Made by a program: the position numbers and the translations under genes. From Deltaproteobacteria bacterium (lineage in GTDB: Bacteria > Desulfobacterota > Syntrophobacteria > BM002): 64,000 nucleotides of DNA. Numbering within the stretch: the first letter of the stretch is position 1; the number at the start of each line of letters is the position of its first letter. Location: assembly GCA_020353155.1 (NCBI GenBank), contig CP070689.1:686682-750681 (forward strand). Reading direction: 5' to 3'. The notes under the pieces are model-generated. The model did not search any database. It worked only from the letters and a program-made list of their open reading frames with translations, and was not told the DNA's origin. Of this stretch, positions 1-9,728 are shown in pieces.

Positions 1-2
1 AT

Positions 3-599
3 TATGGGAAACTGGCCGCAGCACTGGACGGCCATGAGGGCATCGACGCGCTGGAGATTAACATATCTTGTCCAAACGTTAAGGCGGGGGGGATGGCATT
101 TGGCTCGGACCCTAAAATGGTATTCCAGGTGGTCTCCGCAGTCAGGTCTGAAACCAAGCTGCCGGTAATTACCAAGCTCACCCCTAACGTCACCGACATA
201 ACTGTTCCTGCCAAGGCAGCCGAAGACGCCGGCACCGATATCCTGTCTCTCATCAATACAGTTGCCGGCATGGCGGTCGATGCTAAGACCCGGAGGCCTA
301 GGTTAGCCAATGTGGTTGGGGGGCTCTCTGGGCCAGCCATCAAACCCATCGCCTTAAGAATGGTATGGCAAGTAATACAGGCAAGTAATCTGCCGGTTAT
401 CGGGCTGGGAGGAATAATCTCTGTGGAAGATGCCCTTGAATTCCTCATCGTCGGGGCTAGGGCTGTTCAGGTGGGCACGGCAAATTTCGTCAATCCACAG
501 GTTACTTTGGAAATTATCTCGGGGTTGGAAGACTACCTCCTCAGGCAGGGCCTAAAAGACATCAACGAAATAATCGGCACCCTTGAGCTTACCAGGTAA
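3..599 (+). CDS. pyrD: Dihydroorotate dehydrogenase catalytic subunit, class 1B-like. 5' partial; the ORF enters from the window edge.
   Basis: The frame is open from nt 3 ([30 protein letters not shown]...), continuing the listed 93..599 ORF. Motifs [19 protein letters not shown] and VIGLGGI are typical of PyrD/DHOD family 1. Confidence 0.85.
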   Translation, partial: YGKLAAALDGHEGIDALEINISCPNVKAGGMAFGSDPKMVFQVVSAVRSETKLPVITKLTPNVTDITVPAKAAEDAGTDILSLINTVAGMAVDAKTRRPRLANVVGGLSGPAIKPIALRMVWQVIQASNLPVIGLGGIISVEDALEFLIVGARAVQVGTANFVNPQVTLEIISGLEDYLLRQGLKDINEIIGTLELTR

Positions 600-792
600 C
601 CCCCAAGCATTAGGCACTACTCAAAAGAATTACTCCGAGGTTCATGGTCCAGGTTCAAGTCCCAATTTTACCCCTCATATTTTCAGGGAAAAACTTAAAG
701 TTAATTATAAACTGAGAGCTAGTTTTATAAGTATTTTCTTGTTATTAATTAAATTCATTATCAGTGCCTAGTGCTTAGTGCTTAGTTCCCTA

Positions 793-822
793 AAAGCAGC
801 TCCTAATCGGACTGCTTTTTTT
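793..822. terminator. Possible bidirectional intrinsic terminator hairpin between convergent pyrD and selB.
   Basis: AAAGCAG-CTCCTAATCGGA-CTGCTTT stem-loop followed by TTTTTTT on the + strand. On the - strand the same stem is followed by TTTTA and overlaps the selB stop codon (TAG at 803-805). Confidence 0.45.
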
Positions 823-2752
823 GCCTCAAGCGACGGACATCCCCCACCCTTATAGTAAATCGAGTAGTATCCAAAAACTCAAGAAGTGGAATGGTGTATT
901 TGCGACTGGTTTGGGTTAATTCTTTGAACTGCGGAGTCGATATTTCTTCCTGTTTCTCGAACAAATCCAGCAGCTGCTGCTTGAGTTCATCAATGGCCCC
1001 AAAGTGGAAATACATATCCTCTTTAACTTTGATCAGTAAACCTTGCTCCAACATCCAAGTGAGTATTTGTCGGGCTTCGCCATCTGGGACTCCAAGGGAG
1101 TCTGCTACCTCTCTGAAAAATGGCGGTTGTAGGCCCGCCTCGCGATATATTGATTCTATCTTCTCGCGCACCTCATCTTGCTTTCCTGCAAGTGCTATTT
1201 GATGCGAGGAAAGTCGCACTAGATCCTTTTCTTGAATGATCTCACCTTGGCGAGTCAAGCGCTGAATTAATTCATTGAAAAGCTTGGCGTCAGCTCCCCG
1301 GGGCAACCGTCCAAACAACTCCTCCTTGTTAATCCCTGCCCGCAATGGCTCTTTGCGGTGGAATGCATCCAAGTGGCCGAGAAGTAGTTGCCTGAGGTTT
1401 TCAAAAGCTTCCCGGTGCACAAATCTGGGAATTTCCCGATCAAATTGGATCGCCTCGCCTCGGCTCATCATATCCTGAAGCAAACCGCGAAGCTCCTTCT
1501 GGCTAACATTGGCCAGTATGCTCAGAGCTCTCTCGCCAATCCCCCCTGATCCCCCCTCTTTGAGGTAGAGGTCTAACATCTCGCCGGACTCTCCCCTCTC
1601 CAGTACAGCTAGAGCCTCAAGAGTTTCGGCGACCATCCTTTTTCGCTTCTTGGGGGTGGGGTGCAATATCTGACCACCGCCGATGGTCTGCATGGGTGAA
1701 TAGCTTCGCAAAACAAAACGATCCCCATTGCGGACAACCACCTGCTTATCTAATCTCACCTGGGCGTAAGCGCTAGCGCCGGGCTTCAGCTCATCGGTGT
1801 CCAGAAGTATCAAGGTGCCGATTATCTCACTGGTTCCGGTATGGAAGCGGACCTTAGCCCTGTTTTTCAAAACCCGAGGAGCGTTTTCTAGGTGCTGCAA
1901 CCGCACGTCAACCATATACGAGGAAACCAGGCTGTCTGGAGTTGCCAGAACATTGCCACGCTCAAGAGCTGCCTTTTCTAGGCCTTGCAGATTAATGGCT
2001 GTGCGCTGACCGCTGACGGCTTTATTTACCTCCCGATTGTGTACTTGAATTCCACGCACCTTGGTTTTGACCATTTGAGGGTAGACGAGTAGGGTGTCAC
2101 CTGTCTCAGTTTTGCCGGAGATGGCGGTACCTGTTACTACCGTGCCAAATCCTTTCATGGTGAAAACTCGGTCTACTGCCAGGCGGAAATCTCCACTACT
2201 CGGGCGGGGCTCCACTTTTTCACTCAGAATCTGCAATTTTTCTAACAACTGCTCAAGACCTTCGCCCCTTGCCGCAGAAACTGGAATTATGGGTGCAGAA
2301 GCGAGAAACGTTCCCTGCAAAAAATCATGTATATCTTCTTGTACCAAGTCCAACCAATCTCCATCCTCTACCATATCGGTCTTGGTCAGGACCACCAGCC
2401 CCTGTTTAACTTTGAGAAGTTCGCATATCTCCAGGTGTTCCCGAGTCTGGGGCATAACCCCCTCGTCAGCGGCCACTACGAGAGCTACTATGTCTATCCC
2501 CGTCGCCCCTGCCACCATATGCCGTACGAACTTCTCGTGCCCGGGCACATCAACGATACCAAGTTCCTGACCGTTAGGAAGCGTGAGATGGGCAAAGCCT
2601 AACTCGATGGTTATACCCCTTTCCTTTTCTTCTTTGAGACGATCGGTGTCGATCCCGGTGAGGGCTTTGATTAGAGTCGTTTTCCCGTGGTCAATGTGTC
2701 CAGCCGTGCCCAGGATTATTTGTTTCATTAACTGCTTCTCCCCTGTCGCCAC
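803..2752 (-). CDS. selB: Selenocysteine-specific translation elongation factor SelB.
   Basis: 649 aa. N-terminal GTPase motifs [21 protein letters not shown] and LTKTDM. The long C-terminal winged-helix extension is typical of bacterial SelB. The true start may be the MKQ at 2728. Confidence 0.9.
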   Translation of the reverse strand: MATGEKQLMKQIILGTAGHIDHGKTTLIKALTGIDTDRLKEEKERGITIELGFAHLTLPNGQELGIVDVPGHEKFVRHMVAGATGIDIVALVVAADEGVMPQTREHLEICELLKVKQGLVVLTKTDMVEDGDWLDLVQEDIHDFLQGTFLASAPIIPVSAARGEGLEQLLEKLQILSEKVEPRPSSGDFRLAVDRVFTMKGFGTVVTGTAISGKTETGDTLLVYPQMVKTKVRGIQVHNREVNKAVSGQRTAINLQGLEKAALERGNVLATPDSLVSSYMVDVRLQHLENAPRVLKNRAKVRFHTGTSEIIGTLILLDTDELKPGASAYAQVRLDKQVVVRNGDRFVLRSYSPMQTIGGGQILHPTPKKRKRMVAETLEALAVLERGESGEMLDLYLKEGGSGGIGERALSILANVSQKELRGLLQDMMSRGEAIQFDREIPRFVHREAFENLRQLLLGHLDAFHRKEPLRAGINKEELFGRLPRGADAKLFNELIQRLTRQGEIIQEKDLVRLSSHQIALAGKQDEVREKIESIYREAGLQPPFFREVADSLGVPDGEARQILTWMLEQGLLIKVKEDMYFHFGAIDELKQQLLDLFEKQEEISTPQFKELTQTSRKYTIPLLEFLDTTRFTIRVGDVRRLRQKKQSD

Positions 2753-2870
2753 TTTTCAAATGGATCGGAATAGCAAACGGTAACCGCTTTAATGCTAATG
2801 CGGATTACGGAATCGAAAATAGTCTAGCTCCATGCTCTATGCCTTGTCGCTAGGCGCTTTGCCCTTTGCT

Positions 2871-3344
2871 CTATGCTTTATTCACATGCTTAACCATATA
2901 AGTAAAAACCCCTGTTGCCAGCAAGACTCCGTCTTCTGCGGAAATCTCCACCTGGCAAACAGCGATTTGCCTTCCGCTGTGCACTACTCTCCCGCGGGCT
3001 ATTAGGTCTCCACCCTTGGCTGGCCTCAAAAAGTTCAACTTGAACTCCACGGTCGGTATCACCACCTGCAGAGGATCAGTCATTACCGAGTAAAGGGAAA
3101 CTCCGCCTGCCACATCCGCCAACACCCCCAAAATGCCGCCCTGCAACAACCCCATGGAGTTGCGCAATTCTGCCCGGTATTTCATAGTGAGCGTGGCCTC
3201 ACCAATAGATACCTCCCTCAGCCCAATGGACATGAACTTCACCACAGGATTGTTTGCCAGCTTAGCTGCAATCCCATCTTTCTGAAGCCTGGTGAGTTTC
3301 CCCTGGCCGCGACCCGACCCCTCTTTTTCATCTAACATGTTCAT
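2871..3344 (-). CDS. PaaI/YbgC-type hotdog-fold acyl-CoA thioesterase.
   Basis: 157 aa. Hotdog-fold signature with a central GxV..HSGRQIAVCQVEI motif typical of PaaI-family thioesterases. Confidence 0.75.
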   Translation of the reverse strand: MNMLDEKEGSGRGQGKLTRLQKDGIAAKLANNPVVKFMSIGLREVSIGEATLTMKYRAELRNSMGLLQGGILGVLADVAGGVSLYSVMTDPLQVVIPTVEFKLNFLRPAKGGDLIARGRVVHSGRQIAVCQVEISAEDGVLLATGVFTYMVKHVNKA

Positions 3345-3434
3345 CTCAGATTTTGCGACCTAATGACGGCGAAGCCAAGTGACTCTTTGCTGCCCGCTGC
3401 ATGCTCGTCCTGAGCGAAGTCGAAGGACTGCCTG

Positions 3435-5651
3435 CTATTTTTTCCCCACTTGCCCGATGGGAGCAAAGGTTATGGTGATCATGATCTGACCACTATCGCC
3501 CCGGACAATATTAATTATTCCCCCATGTTTGTGAATCACCACCTTGGTCATGGGTAACTCCAGATCAGCTTCGTCCAGTTCCTCGGCCACAAAGGGATAG
3601 AAGAAGTGCTCCATATCATCATCTGCCAGGTGGATTCCAGGATAGGAGAGTCGAATCACCGATTCACCGTTCCTGGTAGTGCCAACCTTCAGGCGAGCTC
3701 TGTCTGGCATGTGCTTGCAGGTCTGCCGTAGAATTGTCTCCAGCGCGCGGCTCAGGTGGCTGCGGTCAGCAAGAATGAAAGGAGCCCTTTCATCCAGTTC
3801 CGCCTCAACTTGAATCCCACGACTGTGAAACTTCTCTTCGCAGTTCCTTATGGCGTCCAGCAAGAGTGCGTTCAAGTCCACCTCGAAAAATTCCAAGGGA
3901 ACCGGCCGCATGTAGGAGAGGATCATCTTGAGGATTTGCTCCAGTCTCCGAACCTCATGAACTATAATCTCAACCTTTTTCTTCTGAGAATTGTCCTCCT
4001 CCATCTCTTGCAGCAACCTTCGGGCAAAGCCGCCAGCCGAGGTGAGAGGATTGCGGATTTCGTGGGCCAGCCTGGCAGAGACATTACTTAGGGTCTTGAG
4101 CTCTTCGGTTTGAATGATCTGCTCTTGTAACCGCTTCCTCTCACTCACATCAACGATGATGCCATCCACCGCCTGCACCCTGCCCTCCCTGTCAGTTAAG
4201 GGCATCGCGTGGTTAAGCAGAAATAGCTCATGGCCGTCTTTGTGCTTACCTCGGTACTCAAGGAGAAATTCACTGGCCTCTTCAAGACAACCCTTAAGTT
4301 TTGCAGTAACTTCCTGCTGATCTCCCGGATGTGCGATTCTGGTCCAGAATTCTCTGTCTGCTATTACCTCTGTAGGTGTATATCCAAGTATATCCTCCAC
4401 AACCCTGTTAACATAAACTGTAGTTCCATCTGGTTCAATACGATAGACTACCAGAGGGGCATTTTCCACCAGTGCCTCATATTTCTCTTTCTCTTCCACG
4501 AGCTCCTGTGTTCTCGCCTCCACTCTCTCTTCCAGGGTGATGCAATATTCTTGGATCTCCTGCTTTGCCTTGTTGAGGGATTCGAGCATTTCATTAAGAG
4601 AATCGGCCAGGGTGCCGATCTCATCCCGCACTGGTACAGAAATTTCCCGAACCCGTTCACCCGCCGCTATCTCCCGGGCCGCCAAAACTATGTCGCGGAC
4701 AGGGCGGAGAAAGACGGTGACCACCCAAACAATAATAATGGAGGAGAACAGCAGAGCTGCCGCCATTACAGCAAACACTTCAAGTCTGTTTTCGGCTAAC
4801 TCCGCAAGAGTGGCAGATCTGTCAACACTGATTTCCACCACCCCGATACTGTTCCCGGAAAAATCCTTCAATGGTCCCAGGAAAATAGCCAGACCAGGGG
4901 CATTGGGCGGGCTAATCAGTATTTCCGGATTCTGTGTTCGAAACACCTTGCCGCAGATCTCATCACTCGATATCGGCAAGCTTGCCGAGGAAGCCGTAAG
5001 TGTATAAAAACCAGTAGTCCCGTGGATTTGAATGAGGAGGGCAAGATCCATGTCGTATCGGCGCTTGAGAGAATCCAGAAAAGGACGCTCTACTGAGTAC
5101 CCGATCTCAAAGGATCCGATAAATTTATCCTGATAAAAGACTGGTACCACACCCCTAACGCCGAATCCGGTAGAACCTCTTTCCAACCCGGCAATGCCTT
5201 GGCCCGTCTCCTCCACCCTATTAATGGTGTGACGAAAGGATGCCATTGCCTCGCCGGATTGATAGATTCGATGAAGCCGTAAAAAAGAGGTGGCTGGTTT
5301 GATGTGAAAGTGAAATTGTTTTACATCGAATTTCTCTTTCATAACCTCGTAAGAGGGTAATAACAGATAAAGAAGTGCTTTACTATCTCTCCGGGCAAAG
5401 GCCTCTTGCACTGTCGGCGACTTGGCTACCTGGTAGGCAAGACTCAGCGCCGAACGCTTCCGATCCTCAATCTGGTCAGAAAAGGCCCGGTAATAATCAT
5501 GCAGCTTTTTCTTTTCTTGGGACTCGATAAGTCTTTTCTGGTTATTCAAACCCAAAAGAGTGAGTGAGGTCGTCCCCACAAAAGAGAGAAACAAAAAGGG
5601 AATCAACAGCTTCCACTTTAGGCTGATGTCATGGATGCTTCTTAGATTCAC
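3435..5651 (-). CDS. Sensor histidine kinase: TM-anchored periplasmic (Cache-like) sensor, HAMP, PAS and HisKA/HATPase_c domains.
   Basis: 738 aa. N-terminal TM helix, a ~250 aa extracytoplasmic region, and a second TM (AVMAAALLFSSIIIVWVV). HAMP segment, PAS-like block, H-box HEIRNPLTSAGGFARRL and a C-terminal ATPase domain (HGGIINIV). Confidence 0.85.
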   Translation of the reverse strand: MNLRSIHDISLKWKLLIPFLFLSFVGTTSLTLLGLNNQKRLIESQEKKKLHDYYRAFSDQIEDRKRSALSLAYQVAKSPTVQEAFARRDSKALLYLLLPSYEVMKEKFDVKQFHFHIKPATSFLRLHRIYQSGEAMASFRHTINRVEETGQGIAGLERGSTGFGVRGVVPVFYQDKFIGSFEIGYSVERPFLDSLKRRYDMDLALLIQIHGTTGFYTLTASSASLPISSDEICGKVFRTQNPEILISPPNAPGLAIFLGPLKDFSGNSIGVVEISVDRSATLAELAENRLEVFAVMAAALLFSSIIIVWVVTVFLRPVRDIVLAAREIAAGERVREISVPVRDEIGTLADSLNEMLESLNKAKQEIQEYCITLEERVEARTQELVEEKEKYEALVENAPLVVYRIEPDGTTVYVNRVVEDILGYTPTEVIADREFWTRIAHPGDQQEVTAKLKGCLEEASEFLLEYRGKHKDGHELFLLNHAMPLTDREGRVQAVDGIIVDVSERKRLQEQIIQTEELKTLSNVSARLAHEIRNPLTSAGGFARRLLQEMEEDNSQKKKVEIIVHEVRRLEQILKMILSYMRPVPLEFFEVDLNALLLDAIRNCEEKFHSRGIQVEAELDERAPFILADRSHLSRALETILRQTCKHMPDRARLKVGTTRNGESVIRLSYPGIHLADDDMEHFFYPFVAEELDEADLELPMTKVVIHKHGGIINIVRGDSGQIMITITFAPIGQVGKK

Positions 5652-5729
5652 TATCCGCTCTCCTGCCTTATAGTCTCCATGCTGATCCTATCTGCAGCAT
5701 CTGTTCCTTCCCATCCCATACTTGATCCT

Positions 5730-5912
5730 CTATCCTTTTAACCCGACTATATCCCAAACCTTTGGCCTCACAAATACAATATCATAAACTAATGCCCACT
5801 GCTTCTTTACAGCTCCCTTAAACAGGTCAAATTCTCTGGCCTGGTCCCCAGACTCAGGAGGCTGGAAGTTCTCTTGTTCAGAGCTCACAGAATATTTTAG
5901 CTCCACAGGCAT
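5730..5912 (-). CDS. Hypothetical small protein, 60 aa.
   Basis: An ORF only; no recognisable motifs. It lies upstream of the sensor kinase on the same strand. Confidence 0.2.
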   Translation of the reverse strand: MPVELKYSVSSEQENFQPPESGDQAREFDLFKGAVKKQWALVYDIVFVRPKVWDIVGLKG

Positions 5913-6074
5913 CCTCCTATCTCATGAATATTTAGTTAAAATAATAGATTCGCCATGCTGGGGAACGGGTAGTTATAGCGTGTAATTTAGAAGCTTTAAC
6001 TGGGGTAATGATCTGGTGAAAAACAGGAGGATGGTATGTGGGAGATGAAAAATAGTCAAGGAGCAAAAGACTTT

Positions 6075-6106
6075 GGGGTTAGCGGCGATTCCGCTAACCC
6101 CTTTTT
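6075..6106. terminator. Intrinsic terminator-like hairpin next to the tRNA-Leu 3' end.
   Basis: GGGGTTAGCGG-CGATT-CCGCTAACCCC followed by TTTTT on the + strand. On the - strand it directly follows the tRNA 3' end with a U-rich AAAGUCUUUUG tail. It may act in both directions. Confidence 0.5.
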
Positions 6107-6112
6107 CTCACT

Positions 6113-6200
6113 TGGTGCCGGAGGGGAGAGTCGAACTCCCACGGGCGCAAGGCCCACTGGATTTTGAGTCCAGCGCGTCTACCAGTTTCACCACTCCGGC
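6113..6200 (-). tRNA. tRNA-Leu, anticodon CAA (class II, long variable arm, encoded CCA).
   Basis: The reverse complement reads GCCGGAG...CTCCGGCACCA, a 7-bp acceptor stem. The anticodon loop is CUCAAAA, giving CAA. A long variable arm precedes the T-arm GGTTCGACTCC-like motif (GAGTTCGACTCTC). Confidence 0.85.
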
Positions 6201-6276
6201 TATTTAGGTGGTGTGATTATAGCTAGGCCCGCTTTGAACTGTCAACGTCATTTCGCATAGCGCAGAGCGTCTGGGT

Positions 6277-7056
6277 CTAAAGCTCTCCTCGCTCAATCAT
6301 CTCCATGACCGTCTTGAGACGTTCTTCGCCGGGGTGAATATACCCCATTTCGTCATATTGGAAGTTGAGTTCAACAGCCAGGAATTGGTTGCCGTCGAAG
6401 ATCATCTCCACCGTCACATCGGAGAGACCACCTTGATTGGCGATGTTCTTCGCTAGGCTAATCGCGTCACTGGGCACTTCTTTTGTCTGCCATTCTCCAG
6501 CAAGGACCGACTTTTCCCTGTAATTGCCACGGGCAACCTTGCGCCAAGAGCCGAATACTCTATCGTAGTTTATAACAACCACCCGCAGTTCCATCTCTGG
6601 CGGGACGTACTCTTGAATGTAGGCTGGATTAACCTTCCCATTGTACCGCTCTAATTCGTCGCTTTCCTTTATAAAAAAAACGCCTCTCCCACCTCCTGAC
6701 CTAAAGGGTTTTTTTGCAATGAGCGGCAAGGTAAAGTCATCGAGAATTCTTTGCTTCTGCTTTTGACCATAATAGACGCGCGTCCGCGGATAAGGCACCT
6801 TCAGCATGCGGAGCAAGGCTACTTGTTTCAGTCTGTCCCCGTGCAAACGATAGCAGTTAACCGTTGGGTACGTCACTTTTCCAAGGGTGGCGAAAAGTTC
6901 TACAAATCTAGCTGTTGGGTAAAAAATGATTTCTGCAGTGCGGAGCAGTTCGAGTTCTTTTTCTGTGTAATCTCCTATTTGGGAGAGTACTCCGAGGGTA
7001 ACCACTCGGGGACATTTTTTTAATTGTTCGCCAATAGCCACTCTCAACCTACTCAC
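6277..7056 (-). CDS. ATP-grasp family ligase (RimK/YheC-YheD-like). Substrate unknown.
   Basis: 259 aa. ATP-grasp hallmarks are present: LIAKKPFRSGGGRGVFFI (the K/G-rich loop), YIQEYVP and VELNF...MGY near the C-terminus. Confidence 0.65.
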   Translation of the reverse strand: MSRLRVAIGEQLKKCPRVVTLGVLSQIGDYTEKELELLRTAEIIFYPTARFVELFATLGKVTYPTVNCYRLHGDRLKQVALLRMLKVPYPRTRVYYGQKQKQRILDDFTLPLIAKKPFRSGGGRGVFFIKESDELERYNGKVNPAYIQEYVPPEMELRVVVINYDRVFGSWRKVARGNYREKSVLAGEWQTKEVPSDAISLAKNIANQGGLSDVTVEMIFDGNQFLAVELNFQYDEMGYIHPGEERLKTVMEMIERGEL

Positions 7057-7098
7057 CGACTCTCCTCGCTATCATGCTAGAGCACTGGGCTCGAAGCT

Positions 7099-7133
7099 TC
7101 ATTTATCATTTCTCATTGCGCATTTATCATTTT
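7099..7133. repeat. Tandem heptamer array TCATTTN, 5 units.
   Basis: TCATTTA TCATTTC TCATTGC GCATTTA TCATTTT. It lies between the ATP-grasp start and the helicase 3' end. Confidence 0.7.
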
Positions 7134-7335
7134 ACACTAAAGAAGGACAGGGAAAGCGCTTTATCAAAATAACAAACGAAAAATGCGTCACCAGGGACCC
7201 GCTTGCGGGCCTGAGCGGAGCGGAGCGAGCGCAAAGAAATGTGGAATGATAAATTGCTAGGTGCCTGCTAGCCCAAATTTTAGTGACAGAACGGCGGAGC
7301 CAGAATGGTTTATATGCGATAGATCGAAGGATGGT

Positions 7336-8739
7336 CTACTCTGGTAGGGGAGCAGGTTTGGGTAGACGCAGTCCGTAAGCATAACTGCGCATGCGGAAGA
7401 AATTATCAAGGATGCTCACCTTACTGTCCACATAATCGTATACCTTGATCAAAGGCTGGCCATCATTGCGTCTCAACATCCCCTGAAACCAGCCTATTGT
7501 CCGACCTCTAAAATTGACAGGAGTAGTAAGAAACAGAGCCTCGAATCTTGTCTCAGGAATCATCTTCTGGAAAAATTGACGGTTAGCCAATACCACCTGG
7601 ATTTTCTTCTTTTTTAGCTGTTGGTCTAAACGTTTTTCTCCTTTGGCAATAAGGTCAGGGTCCAGTGATAGACTCGACACCCCCTCCTTGTCCAGCATGT
7701 TCTTCAGGGTGTTGTCCTGGGCTTCATCTTGGGTCAACACCAGCAGTGGAGCACCAGAGCCCTTGCTCATTTCACGGGAGACGTCATCCGCAATGAGCCG
7801 GTTTCGCTCGGGGTCCCTGGCCAGGGCCTCAAGCATGGCAGGATAGTCATCACTGCTTTCGTAAGGATATTCAAAGTCGGTTTCGCGAACCACTACATCA
7901 GCCTGGAATATTGCTCTTATTTCTGTTGCTTTGCGAGCGTCAATTTGATGAAGAATGTCTCCCACATAATAATAGATTAGGCGGGAGAGTCGGTCTCGCC
8001 GCTGATTGGTAGAAGACAAACCCAATAAAAAACGGCAGTCAAAATTACTAACCACCTGGGTAAAAGTGCGTGAAGGCGTACGGTGGCACTCGTCTACCAC
8101 CAGAAGCCCTACTTTGTCACGCACCTCGCGCACCCGGCGGTAGAGAGCACTTACATGGGCCACCGAGACCCGGGGGCCCACCTCAAACTTACCCTCGCCT
8201 ATGACACCCACTTCCTCCGGTGACACCTTGAGAAATCGAACAAGCTTTTCCTTCCAGTGACCCAAGAGGGCAACATTGGGCACAATTATCATTGTCGGCT
8301 GCTGACGCTGGGATATAAGATAGAGGGCGATGACCGTTTTCCCGCTCTTGGCACCACCAACCAAGGTGCCGAGATCTCTAGCTATCATCTCCTCATAGGC
8401 CAGTTCCTGATAATCTTTCAGGACGCCGTGAAACTGAAACTCAACCGGTTCGAGCTCACGTTGTCGGTCAATCAGTCGGTATTTGACCCCAAAATTTTGG
8501 CAGAGATCCTGTAACTGATAGAGAAACCCTCTTGGTATGAAGTAATGGCGCCTTTGTTCATACAGACAGTGAATTTGGGGAGGGATGTTACCCAGCCACT
8601 CCCCGCGACTCTGGCGAAACTCGTATTCGGGATTGATAAAGACAAGCCTTTCGGTAAGCTTCTTCTTAAGCATAGGAGGCAGAGAGGCAGAGGGTACCTT
8701 GATCCGCTCTGAGACAACTATGTTCACCGTTTTCTGCAT
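7336..8739 (-). CDS. Superfamily-2 helicase (ResIII/DEAD-like, XPB/Rad25-type layout). Function unknown.
   Basis: 467 aa. Walker A GGAKSGKT, motif II LLVVDECHR, and motif III-like LGLSST. Conserved helicase C-domain residues (QDEAQDN...VLANRQF). A ~110 aa N-terminal extension precedes the helicase core. Confidence 0.75.
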   Translation of the reverse strand: MQKTVNIVVSERIKVPSASLPPMLKKKLTERLVFINPEYEFRQSRGEWLGNIPPQIHCLYEQRRHYFIPRGFLYQLQDLCQNFGVKYRLIDRQRELEPVEFQFHGVLKDYQELAYEEMIARDLGTLVGGAKSGKTVIALYLISQRQQPTMIIVPNVALLGHWKEKLVRFLKVSPEEVGVIGEGKFEVGPRVSVAHVSALYRRVREVRDKVGLLVVDECHRTPSRTFTQVVSNFDCRFLLGLSSTNQRRDRLSRLIYYYVGDILHQIDARKATEIRAIFQADVVVRETDFEYPYESSDDYPAMLEALARDPERNRLIADDVSREMSKGSGAPLLVLTQDEAQDNTLKNMLDKEGVSSLSLDPDLIAKGEKRLDQQLKKKKIQVVLANRQFFQKMIPETRFEALFLTTPVNFRGRTIGWFQGMLRRNDGQPLIKVYDYVDSKVSILDNFFRMRSYAYGLRLPKPAPLPE

Positions 8740-9165
8740 TTACACTTTTGACCTTCAGGGGCTTAACCCCTTTATCTAATATCTGAGTGCAGGCTCAGTT
8801 TGGCGGATGGGTCATGTGCACCACCCATTGCTAATCGCCGGATCGCAAGTCGGAGGTTACTCCGTCCATTGCCCTATTTTGAGCAACGCAGATCGCAAGG
8901 AGCCGTCCACTTTTCAGCTACCGGCAATGTCCAAACGAGCCACGGATAAAAGGATAGAAGAAAGCTGAAATCTCGTCCGACAACTACAATCTAGAGCAAA
9001 AACACCCGGAAAGAAAGAATGGCATAAAGTATACAACTTCGTTCATTATTGCATTGCAAAAAAAGAAATTCAAGGGCAAAAACTGCTTGGCCACCGACCA
9101 TAGACCATTTACAATCGAGGCAACTGTTCCATACAGCCCAAAACAACCAGACAGGAGTTCTTTTT

Positions 9166-9489
9166 ATGAATGATCTGCCTCCCTTTGCTGAGCACCTCAA
9201 AACACTTGCCCAAGATTACCGAGAAACCTACCTAGCCTTGGAAGCAAGGTACCAAGAAATGCCACCGCCAGAGGAGTTCTTGCGTGAGCTCAAGCAGCGG
9301 GAGGCATCTCTAATAGACCGTTTCCGCCTGGTCCAGAAAGAGTTATTTTCGGTAATAAAAGCAGGAGAATTAGACAAGCTCCTGGAACTCTCAAGAATAT
9401 TCGACGAGATAAGGGTAATAAACCAGTTCATAATCCAGACTGTTATCGAAGCAGACAAATTTTCCCCTGATCAGGGGGAAGAAGAGTAG
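9166..9489 (+). CDS. Hypothetical protein (~107 aa from MNDLPPF...).
   Basis: An internal ATG at 9166 within the listed ORF 9049..9489. The protein is charged and coiled-coil-like, with no recognisable motif. Confidence 0.4.
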   Translation: MNDLPPFAEHLKTLAQDYRETYLALEARYQEMPPPEEFLRELKQREASLIDRFRLVQKELFSVIKAGELDKLLELSRIFDEIRVINQFIIQTVIEADKFSPDQGEEE

Positions 9490-9638
9490 AAATTACGCGA
9501 GGAAGTCGCAAGCGGAGTGCCGGAGGAAACGCACTAGGCCCTATTCCATTTCACATTGATCATTTTTAATCTCTCATTTAGCAATTCTGCTTTGTCTCCT
9601 GTGAGTTGAGCTAGAGGCAGGAATCTTACCAGAATTTA

Positions 9639-9680
9639 AAATGACAAATGCCAAATGCGAAATGTTAAATGAAAAATGTG
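9639..9680. repeat. Tandem heptamer array AAATGNN, 6 perfect-phase units.
   Basis: AAATGAC AAATGCC AAATGCG AAATGTT AAATGAA AAATGTG. It is followed at 9696-9727 by TGCCTAG-type and CCTATGC-type units, just downstream of the mltA 3' end. Confidence 0.8.
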
Positions 9681-9728
9681 CGCCGTGCCTACTTTCTAGT
9701 GCCTAGTTGCTTTTTGCCCTATGCTATT

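Noticed and set aside
583-771. A 62-aa ORF on the + strand directly after pyrD.
   Set aside because: It starts inside the pyrD 3' end and runs into the AT-rich spacer and the TGCCTAG repeat. It has no RBS. It is most likely a chance ORF.
3345-3434. A possible terminator between the sensor kinase and the thioesterase gene (GTCCT...AGGAC followed by a T-run).
   Set aside because: The stem is only 5 bp with a 12-nt loop, and the orientation does not match the upstream minus-strand gene. It is too weak to call.
6038-6184. A 48-aa ORF (MWEMKNSQGAKDF...) with a good AGGAGG SD.
   Set aside because: The second half is simply the antisense strand of the tRNA-Leu gene and its terminator hairpin. The SD match is probably fortuitous.
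6113-9165. Considered a tRNA-associated genomic island or prophage at tRNA-Leu.
   Set aside because: I saw no integrase, no recombinase, and no direct repeat of the tRNA 3' end. The odd genes (ATP-grasp, helicase) lie on the 5' side of the tRNA, whereas integrative elements normally insert at the 3' end.
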